From a virus (lineage: Duplodnaviria > Caudoviricetes), in IMG/VR virus record IMGVR_UViG_3300037400_003633, positions 1-64,000 of that record: 64,000 nt of DNA. One strand, written 5' to 3'. The notes below the pieces were generated by a model, which was given only the letters and a program-made list of their open reading frames with translations, was not told the DNA's origin and searched no databases. Both the position numbers and the translations under genes were made by a program. Below, one piece after another: positions 45,625 through 53,317 of the stretch (position 1 is the first letter of the stretch; each line of letters starts with the position of its first letter).

Positions 45625-47130
45625 ATGGCAAACATGAATTTTTCTCAGTTTCAAATCGCTATCTTTAACGAAGTTAAGAATGGCACTGGTAATCTTGCAA
45701 TCAATGCGGTTGCAGGTAGTGGTAAGACCACAACAATCGTTGAATGCTGCAAGTTGCTGCATCTAAACAAGTATGATGTTAAATTCTTGGCTTTCAACAA
45801 GTCTATTGTAGAAGAGTTGTCAGTTAAGATTGGCAATTATGCTGATGTTTCCACCCTGCATTCCTTTGGCTTTAATGTTATTAAGAAAATAAATAAAAGA
45901 GCCAAGGTTAACAACCGCAAGTATTCCAACGTCATTCGTGATATGGTTGATAGCAACAACAAAAACTTTGTCGCTATCGTTAACAATGCCAGTAAGTTGT
46001 TTAACCTTTGTCGTGTTAACCTTATCAAGGCTGATAACATAACCGCTATCAATGCCATTTGTGACGAACACTCTATCGTTGTACTGGATAACGAAATCAG
46101 TATCGTTAACTCCCTGCTAAAGGATTGCTATATACTGGATAACGATAATCCCGAAGTTGATTTCACCGATATGCTTGTCCTGCCTTTGGCATATCGTCGC
46201 CATATTCCTGCCTACAAGTTTGTCTTTATTGACGAATGCCAAGACCTTAACGCTGCACAACGTGAGTTGATGCTTGCTGCTGCTGCAAAAGGTCGTTTTA
46301 TTGCGGTTGGTGATAGAAACCAAGCAATCAATGGTTTTGCAGGTGCTGACTGCAATTCTTTCGATAAGATTGCAACCCTGCCAAATACCAAGGAGTTGCC
46401 ATTGTCAGTTAACTATCGTTGTGGCAAATCTATGATTGCACTGGCACAACAAATCGTGCCACAAATACAAGCCCACGACAAGGCAATAGAGGGAGTTGTT
46501 GCTCATACCAATGAGATTACCTTAGACCTTTTCAAGGCTAATGATATGGTGCTTTGTCGCTCCACTGCTCCACTGGTTGCAATGTGTCTTAAACTGATAC
46601 AAGCAGGTGTAACCGCTATCGTTAAGGGTCGTGACATTGCTGATGGGTTAATTAACACCATTGAGAAGTCCAAGGCTAAGACCATTAAAGGGTTTGAATC
46701 TTGGGTAGAGATTGAAAAGGCAAAGGTCGTTAAGGACATCTGCAAGAAAGATAACATTACACCTGCCGAAGCAGAGGAAACTGGACGTTATATAGCCTTT
46801 ATGGATAGAATGAACTGCATTCTTACCATTGGTGAAAACGTTAACAAACTGGATGACGTTAAGGCTTACATTCAGCAGATTTTCAGTGATGATAAGATTA
46901 ACAATGCCGTAACACTTTCAACGGCTCACAAGTCCAAAGGACTGGAATCGGATAGAGTTGTTATCCTGCTCCCCGAAAAGTTACCACTGACTTGGAAACA
47001 CCAGTTAGAATGGCAATATCAGCAAGAGTTAAACTTGAAGTACGTTGCACTGACACGAGCCAAAAAAGAACTGGTTTTCGCTGACACCAGTTTGGCTGAC
47101 CTGCTGAAAGTCAAGTTCAACAACAAGTAA
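45625..47130 (+). CDS. superfamily I (UvrD/Rep-like) DNA helicase
   Basis: Walker A AVAGSGKTT, FIDECQD, VGDRNQAINGFAGA, LSVNYRC, LSTAHKSKGLE, YVALTRAK. Confidence 0.9.
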   Translation: MANMNFSQFQIAIFNEVKNGTGNLAINAVAGSGKTTTIVECCKLLHLNKYDVKFLAFNKSIVEELSVKIGNYADVSTLHSFGFNVIKKINKRAKVNNRKYSNVIRDMVDSNNKNFVAIVNNASKLFNLCRVNLIKADNITAINAICDEHSIVVLDNEISIVNSLLKDCYILDNDNPEVDFTDMLVLPLAYRRHIPAYKFVFIDECQDLNAAQRELMLAAAAKGRFIAVGDRNQAINGFAGADCNSFDKIATLPNTKELPLSVNYRCGKSMIALAQQIVPQIQAHDKAIEGVVAHTNEITLDLFKANDMVLCRSTAPLVAMCLKLIQAGVTAIVKGRDIADGLINTIEKSKAKTIKGFESWVEIEKAKVVKDICKKDNITPAEAEETGRYIAFMDRMNCILTIGENVNKLDDVKAYIQQIFSDDKINNAVTLSTAHKSKGLESDRVVILLPEKLPLTWKHQLEWQYQQELNLKYVALTRAKKELVFADTSLADLLKVKFNNK

Positions 47131-47136
47131 CCACCA

Positions 47137-47165
47137 AGGGCAACACACAAAGTTGCCCTTTTTTA
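47137..47165 (+). terminator. intrinsic terminator
   Basis: AAGGGCAAC-ACACAAA-GTTGCCCTT + T run. Confidence 0.75.
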
Positions 47166-47201
47166 GTGCTTAAAACTTTTTTCTTAAAAAAGCTTAAAAT
47201 A

Positions 47202-47233
47202 TTTGGTAGTATCAAAATAATACCTTATTTTTG
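47202..47233 (+). promoter_or_regulatory. Bacteroidota sigmaA-type promoter
   Basis: TTTG-N20-TATTTTTG. Confidence 0.65.
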
Positions 47234-47273
47234 TACCCGAAATAAGTTTATTAATCATTTAAAATTAAGCATT

Positions 47274-48023
47274 ATGAAACATCAATTAAGTTCAATCGTG
47301 TTCGGTAAGGGAGTTGCTAACAATGTAGAGCGCACAAGTGACGTTGCTGCTTATTTGGCTATGATTGCCAACTTTAAGCCACTGACCATTGAAGAAGAAA
47401 TCGAACTTGCCTATCGCATCCAAAATGGTGACAAGGCAGCAAAGGACACTCTGGTTAATCACAATCTTCGTGCTGTTGTTTCTATCGCTAAGAGTTATTC
47501 CTATTGTGGCGGTTGTCTTTCCCTGCTTGACCTTATCAATGAGGGAAACCAAGGACTTATCGAAGCAGCCGACCTTTATGACCCAACAATCGGCACTAAG
47601 TTTATGAGTTTTGCCGTTTCTTTCGTCCGCAAGTACATACTTGATGCACTGACCCACAAATCAAGAATGGTAGCCGACTACCATAAGGACACGCCAAACC
47701 GACATTCATCACTTGATGCACCAACCAATGACGATGCAGACACCACATTAGGCGACATCCTTTGCACATCAGTTGATGCAGAAGTTAGTCTTAACGACTC
47801 CCTTTCTACCGACTTGCTCCGAGTGCTTAACTCAATCCTGCAACCCAAGGAAGTAACAATCATTTGCACTATCTACGGAATAGGCACAACCCAAATGAGT
47901 AGAAAGACCATTGCAGAGAAAATGAATAAGACCGATGAACGCATCCGACAAATCATTGAGGGCGCAATAATCAAAGTACGAAAGAACGACCAAGCAATGA
48001 CCCTGCTAATGAAATATATCTAA
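47274..48023 (+). CDS. RNA polymerase sigma-70 family factor (RpoD/SigA-derived, region 3 shortened)
   Basis: Region 1.2 YL..I...PLTIEEEIELA, region 2 NLRAVVSIAK, DLINEGNQGLIEAA..YDP..GTKFMSFA, region 4 ERIRQI. Confidence 0.9.
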   Translation: MKHQLSSIVFGKGVANNVERTSDVAAYLAMIANFKPLTIEEEIELAYRIQNGDKAAKDTLVNHNLRAVVSIAKSYSYCGGCLSLLDLINEGNQGLIEAADLYDPTIGTKFMSFAVSFVRKYILDALTHKSRMVADYHKDTPNRHSSLDAPTNDDADTTLGDILCTSVDAEVSLNDSLSTDLLRVLNSILQPKEVTIICTIYGIGTTQMSRKTIAEKMNKTDERIRQIIEGAIIKVRKNDQAMTLLMKYI

Positions 48024-48041
48024 GCACAACAAACCATAATC

Positions 48042-48075
48042 AAGCCTGCTACAAACCAAGTGGCAGGCTTTTTTT
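48042..48075 (+). terminator. intrinsic terminator
   Basis: AAGCCTGC/GCAGGCTT arms + T run. Confidence 0.75.
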
Positions 48076-48078
48076 ATT

Positions 48079-48096
48079 GACTTAAATAAGTACAAG
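48079..48096 (+). repeat. polar 18-bp motif, copy 9
   Basis: GACTTAAATAAGTACAAG. Confidence 0.85.
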
Positions 48097-48268
48097 CCAC
48101 CATATTTCTATCCTGCAATATATAATAACATGCAAAATATGCACGGAAATAGCGTTTATTTCGCTCACAATCGCTTTGTACTATCTTTGTGGTTAACTAC
48201 CAAGGTAAACCACCAAAAACGCAATACGAGCCATTTATGAACGTTTTTAGCCAGTAACCAGTACAACA

Positions 48269-48444
48269 AACCAGTCAAGACACCTGATGCCTGACAATCA
48301 GGACACCAGTATAAACCAGTTAACAAAACTAACCAGTCAAGACACCTGATGCCTGACAATCAGGACACCAGTATAAACCAGTTAACAAAACTAACCAGTC
48401 AAGACACCTGATGCCTGACAATCAGGACACCAGTATAAACCAGT
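48269..48444 (+). repeat. 62-bp tandem repeat, about 2.8 identical copies
   Basis: Units start 48269, 48331, 48393; each has three CCAGT and a CCTGA-CAA-TCAGG hairpin. Confidence 0.95.
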
Positions 48445-48580
48445 AACCAGTTGAACCAATAGCCAAATAGATTCGATTCTAAGACGTTTTAAGTGGTTTG
48501 GTGATAACTTATCAATCAAACACACTAACAAACCAATGTGAGGGAAACAAAGGGCAAATTTCAGCCTTTAATAATATATC

Positions 48581-48612
48581 TATTATATTGTTACTTCGTA
48601 ACAACATAGTAG
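48581..48612. repeat. 32-bp palindrome-centred element, copy 1
   Basis: TATTATATTGTTAC-TTC-GTAACAACATAGTAG. Confidence 0.85.
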
Positions 48613-48916
48613 ATATGTTATAAAGCCAAATTAGCCAAGGAAGGCACAAAAAATACAGTTGTAAAGATTTTTTTATCAACCAAAACGCATATAACTATAT
48701 AGAGGATTGAGCTGTAAAGAGTTTTTACTTTTCATTTATCACTGTATTGATTTGGCTTGCAGGACACAAACCAAACAAGCATTTTTTACGCATTACTGAA
48801 AACCTGTAAAATAGCCCATTTTGTAAACTCAGAGATTACAATTTTGCCTTATTATATATTTTCAATGACTGAAAATAAAGAAAAATGCACTTTTTGCGAA
48901 AAAAAATCGTTTTTTT

Positions 48917-48948
48917 CTTGCAGGAATGAAAAATAATGCCTACCTTTG
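48917..48948 (+). promoter_or_regulatory. Bacteroidota sigmaA-type promoter
   Basis: CTTG-N20-TACCTTTG. Confidence 0.7.
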
Positions 48949-49057
48949 CATCGTCAATCAGACAAAAAGAGTTCTTTGAGTAGTTGACACAACAAGGTTT
49001 TAGTTAACGTAGCCTATCTGATAGGCTGCAAATATTCACTTTTAATTCATATACGAT

Positions 49058-49621
49058 ATGAAAACTACAAGCATTATCGCAAGTGAGTTCGTTAACGTGA
49101 TGGACAACATCACGAGTTGCCAATTTTGCTCTTTGTCCTATACAACGGACATCGACCACATCAACAAAAAGTTGGCAGGTGGCAGGAGCAACACCTACTA
49201 CGGCAGGGTTTCGTCATTGACTGACATTAGCGGTTTGCAGTTCAACGCAAATTACGAAAAGGCAGTCAACAATCGCTTGCCAAAGGGTGACGGAGAGGGT
49301 GAAAAGTTCGTGGCTGAAAGCCTACCTTGGGGAACGTGGTTAGTGCCTAACAAGTCTATCACACACAAGGGCGCAACATATCTTCGCCTATATCAGACTA
49401 AGGCAACCAAAAAAGAGGTTACTTTCATTCTTGATGGAGCAGTCGTAACAGACCCTGCAATCATTAAGGACATCAAGGCAGCGTTTAGACCTGCAAAGGA
49501 GAGCAACCGCCAAGCAGAGGCAGGTATTGAGGCTGACAACCAAGTTAAACCCTTCACGCTCAATGTAGCCGACATCCACCACATTGCAATCAACGGGCAA
49601 AAGTTGGTCATCATCCACTAA
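49058..49621 (+). CDS. conserved hypothetical phage protein
   Basis: 187-aa ORF with own promoter and terminator (49635-49668); YEKAVNNRL...LPWGTW...THKGATYLRLY. Confidence 0.75.
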   Translation: MKTTSIIASEFVNVMDNITSCQFCSLSYTTDIDHINKKLAGGRSNTYYGRVSSLTDISGLQFNANYEKAVNNRLPKGDGEGEKFVAESLPWGTWLVPNKSITHKGATYLRLYQTKATKKEVTFILDGAVVTDPAIIKDIKAAFRPAKESNRQAEAGIEADNQVKPFTLNVADIHHIAINGQKLVIIH

Positions 49622-49937
49622 CCCAACTCACTGAAAAGGCGCATCCAAAAGGGTGCGCTTTTTTTTTGTCCTTTGGCTTGCTGGCATCACCAGGACACCA
49701 GCGACCTGGCAACACACAAATACAAACATACATTAACACAATATCAATACTTTCAATTTAAGGCTATTTTTAAGCCCGTAGGACGCATTTTATGGCATAG
49801 GTGGATAACTTATACCTTTGGCTACCTAAAACACGCTTAGAAACGCTAAAATTAAACCCTAATAAACTGACTACCAATAAGATAGAATAAAAATTTTTTA
49901 CAAGATAATATTATTGTCGAAATACTTAATAGATAAC

Positions 49938-49969
49938 TATTATATTGTTACGAAGTAACAACATAGTAG
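49938..49969. repeat. 32-bp palindrome-centred element, copy 2 (central triplet inverted)
   Basis: TATTATATTGTTAC-GAA-GTAACAACATAGTAG. Confidence 0.85.
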
Positions 49970-50024
49970 TTATGTATTAAATTATAATAGTGTAGGTAAA
50001 AAGTATTGACAGGTGGTGGGGACA

Positions 50025-50058
50025 CCCCCCCCCTATGTGACCCCCGTCCCCGTCCCCC
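50025..50058 (-). other. G-quadruplex-forming motif at skew switch
   Basis: Minus strand G5-AC-G4-AC-G5-TCACATA-G9 in an otherwise AT-rich region. Confidence 0.7.
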
Positions 50059-50238
50059 ACTTTTTGAACACATATGGTGGCAACAGTTCTTTAAATAAAA
50101 TTTTGGGAAAAAAATTGGCAAAATTTTAAAAATAGTTATTGAAAACTATTGTTTTTCATTGAAACAATATTATATTTTATTACAGTAAAATATTTATTAG
50201 TATATCAATTACCACAGAATAAAAAATTCCAGAAAAAC

Positions 50239-52107
50239 ATGAAAGAATATAAAATTTATATTTATGAGTTTCTAAATCAATATTGTTACATTGGTTTGAC
50301 CAACAATCCTTCAAGGCGTGATGGTGAGCATCGCATAAAGGGTAGTGTGTTTCAGCATTCTCAAATTTTTGAAGAAGAGATTCCAGAAATGAAAATATTA
50401 GAGGAGGGTCTTGATGAATATGAGGCTCAGAAGAGTGAAGAGAACTGGTGTAAATATTATGTTGATAATGGATGGACATTGATAAACAAAGCCAAGATGG
50501 GTTTGTTTGTTTCTTCATTGGGCGGCAAAGTTATTGAATCATCTAGATGTATTTCTTCAAGCACTTCAAACGATTTAGAAATAAATTACAAAGTTTGTTT
50601 GGAAGAGGCTAAGAAATATGATTATTTATCAGATTTTCGAAAATTCTCGAACAAGTATTATACAATGTCTCGTAAATATGGGTGGGATTACGAATGGTTA
50701 GAAAAGACTAAACCAATTAATCATGGCACGAAAGAATTATCTTTTGGTGAAATACAGGAGATTGCATCAAGATACGGGACGAGAAGTGAATTTAGTTTAA
50801 ATAATCACACTTTATATATGAAATGTTTATCTGATGGTAGTATAGATGAATTATTTCCTAGAGAAAATAAAACAAGGATTAAAGATTCTGGTTTATACAG
50901 TGATGAAGAATTAATGGCGGTTATGTTATCATATAGAACAAAGACTGAATTTTTTAAAGCTAAGAGTAAGTTGTATAATCTCTGTCGTTTACGTGGTTTA
51001 TTAGATAAATTTCCCAAAAGGACTAACATTTCTACTGATTGTGGTTCATTGGAAAAAATTGGCATCAAAGATTTCTTTCTTAATAATAAAAACATAGTGA
51101 CTAGTTCCAAATATGGTAAAAAATACATTTTTAACAAAGATGATATGTCTTTATATCATGAATATAAGACAATGGTAGCCAAAGTAAGAAAAAAATATGA
51201 TAAGTATGGTATTTTATGTTATAAAATTGATACGAGTTACGTATGCATTTTTGATATTATTAATGAATTTATTTATGGTGGTAAATACAATATTTACAAA
51301 TTTATTGATGGTGATTTTTCCAGTATTAACTTAGAGAACATTGATAAAGGCATTATTGATTTGGATAAATTTTCAAAAATGTCTGAATTGGATACTTTTT
51401 TGATAAATGAGCACGGGGAGATTTATTCTACCAGGCATAAAATGATAATGCCGTGTAACATTTTAAATGGTGTTCCATATTTCTGTGGGTTTAAGATAGA
51501 TAGACTTGTAATCAAATATTTTCACCCAAATTACAGTAATTTAAAGAAATTTGATATAATACACAAAGATGGCAATTTATCAAATAATGATATTACCAAT
51601 TTAGATATTCAGTTATCGGATAGTGGTAGAGGTGTATATAAAAAAAATTTTTTAATTGTCAAAAACATTGGTGAGACAAATGAGATTTATATTAAAGACT
51701 TTAAGAACGACAAAGAATATTTTTTAGGGCTGATAAAAAATGAAAAAGTGATTGATGCTATTAGAAGTGAAATTATTGAATATATTTCTAAATTTACAGA
51801 AATTAGTGATTGGGTTGGTTCATACCAAGGATTAGAATTTAAGAAGTGGCAAGAAAAGGATAAAAAAATAAATATGATATCTATTAGGGTAAATAGTAAT
51901 GGATGTTATTACTCAGAAGTTCATAAATTATGGAAAAGTAAAATTTATTATAAAGAAAAGGAATATAGTTTAGGCTATTTTCACACATTTGAAGCTGGAA
52001 AGGTTTTATATGAAGAGGCTGTTATGTATATCAAGTATAACAGATTTGAGAAGTGGTATAGTAATATAGAATCTCACAGAGAGAGGGTAAAATCTTATTT
52101 TGAATGA
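50239..52107 (+). CDS. GIY-YIG-like homing endonuclease with internal helical repeats and degenerate HNH/AP2-like C-terminus
   Basis: IYIYEF..YCYIGLTNNPSRRDGEH; three KY..x.EF..x.Y repeats; HKDGNLSNN.ITNL; YSLGYFHTFE. Confidence 0.65.
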   Translation: MKEYKIYIYEFLNQYCYIGLTNNPSRRDGEHRIKGSVFQHSQIFEEEIPEMKILEEGLDEYEAQKSEENWCKYYVDNGWTLINKAKMGLFVSSLGGKVIESSRCISSSTSNDLEINYKVCLEEAKKYDYLSDFRKFSNKYYTMSRKYGWDYEWLEKTKPINHGTKELSFGEIQEIASRYGTRSEFSLNNHTLYMKCLSDGSIDELFPRENKTRIKDSGLYSDEELMAVMLSYRTKTEFFKAKSKLYNLCRLRGLLDKFPKRTNISTDCGSLEKIGIKDFFLNNKNIVTSSKYGKKYIFNKDDMSLYHEYKTMVAKVRKKYDKYGILCYKIDTSYVCIFDIINEFIYGGKYNIYKFIDGDFSSINLENIDKGIIDLDKFSKMSELDTFLINEHGEIYSTRHKMIMPCNILNGVPYFCGFKIDRLVIKYFHPNYSNLKKFDIIHKDGNLSNNDITNLDIQLSDSGRGVYKKNFLIVKNIGETNEIYIKDFKNDKEYFLGLIKNEKVIDAIRSEIIEYISKFTEISDWVGSYQGLEFKKWQEKDKKINMISIRVNSNGCYYSEVHKLWKSKIYYKEKEYSLGYFHTFEAGKVLYEEAVMYIKYNRFEKWYSNIESHRERVKSYFE

Positions 52108-52153
52108 AATTTCTGTAGATGGGTTATTATTTATATACATAATATATTATGGT

Positions 52154-52987
52154 ATGATATTAAACATTAGAGAAAACAATACCAGGAAGGTATATATCAG
52201 TGAAAGTCAGTGTCGTCTGTTGAGGAGGTGTTCCCTTATGTTGAGAGATAATATTGATAAAATAATAAGTGAGAGTATATCCAGTGTTGTAGAGGGTTTG
52301 AATCTTGACCCATTGTATGGTGATGTTAGTCTTGATGCCAGTCATCAGGATTACGTTGACACCAATGATGCTTGGAGTCCTCATCCTTTTTACAGCAGGG
52401 TTGGTGGTTACAAGGTGATATCCATATTCAGGAACAAGTGGAATCACAATCCACTCATATGGGCATTGAAGGGCAAGAAGTGGCGTTTCAAGAATCCTAG
52501 GGAGGATGTTATGTTTCTCTTGAGGCGTTTTGTTGCTGTTACCAAGGAATTGAATGAGAGGTTTGATGTGATTATCACCACTCCTTCATCCAGTGAGTTG
52601 AACAACAGGGTATTGGGTATTATTGAGAGGTTGATACCTCACAAGTATTCTTTCAAGGAGTTTTTCAGGAAGAGGGAGGCTTCTGAGGTGTATAACGCAT
52701 TGCCTGAGAATGTTAAGATTAATTTGCGCCCATATTTTGAGGAAATGATGAGGAATGGTAATTTATTCTCGTACAAATATATTCCAATTGGATATAGGGG
52801 GTTAATTGGTCAGACTATCAAGGTATCTGATATTTCTCTTGGGAATAAGATAAACGGCATGAGGGTATTAATATTGGATGACACAGTTACTACTGGCAAG
52901 ACTATCACTGATTCTGCGAAAGCGTTATTGGATACGTTTGTACCAAAGAGTGTGACGTTTCTAACGTTAATGGCCCCAGAGAAATAA
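52154..52987 (+). CDS. phosphoribosyltransferase-fold protein
   Basis: PRPP-binding VLILDDTVTTGKT, IITTPSSS, VTFLTL. Confidence 0.7.
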   Translation: MILNIRENNTRKVYISESQCRLLRRCSLMLRDNIDKIISESISSVVEGLNLDPLYGDVSLDASHQDYVDTNDAWSPHPFYSRVGGYKVISIFRNKWNHNPLIWALKGKKWRFKNPREDVMFLLRRFVAVTKELNERFDVIITTPSSSELNNRVLGIIERLIPHKYSFKEFFRKREASEVYNALPENVKINLRPYFEEMMRNGNLFSYKYIPIGYRGLIGQTIKVSDISLGNKINGMRVLILDDTVTTGKTITDSAKALLDTFVPKSVTFLTLMAPEK

Positions 52988-53014
52988 AGAAGAAAAAAAA
53001 AAAGAAGAAAGCAT

Positions 53015-53254
53015 ATGATATCTGAATCAAAGTTGAACAGCATTGTGGAGTGTGTTATAAATGAGGTATTGAATAACACAATTCAGCTTCAGTATATTAA
53101 TGGTATATATTATCCTATTGATTTCATAAGTAAGAAGATATTGGAACGTGAATTGAGTAGGGATAGGATAATTGAGAGGGATTTCGACATTGTATCTCCA
53201 GTATTGGTAAAGAGGGGATACAAGATGGCTATATCTGGATATGAAAATGGGTGA
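53015..53254 (+). CDS. hypothetical protein (ISESKL N-terminus)
   Basis: 79-aa ORF. Confidence 0.6.
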   Translation: MISESKLNSIVECVINEVLNNTIQLQYINGIYYPIDFISKKILERELSRDRIIERDFDIVSPVLVKRGYKMAISGYENG

Positions 53255-53289
53255 ATTTTGGTTAATTCCCCCATTTATTTTTTACATTA

Positions 53290-53297
53290 TATAAATA
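53290..53297 (+). promoter_or_regulatory. possible T4-like late promoter
   Basis: TATAAATA 20 nt upstream of ATG 53318; motif is common in AT-rich DNA. Confidence 0.3.
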
Positions 53298-53317
53298 CTT
53301 ATATATAAATTTTGACT

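Noticed and set aside
48165-48359. ORF 48165..48359 (-)
   Set aside because: Translation of the 62-bp tandem repeat.
48269-48444. CRISPR array
   Set aside because: Units are identical head-to-tail 62-mers with no unique spacers; no cas genes.
48597-48612. Tus-Ter-like core (TATGTTGTTAC on minus strand)
   Set aside because: Tus is essentially restricted to enterobacteria and their plasmids, and the match is one arm of a palindrome.
49800-49808. DnaA box (GGTGGATAA)
   Set aside because: Single 8/9 match explained by the GATAACTTAT palindrome core; no box cluster.
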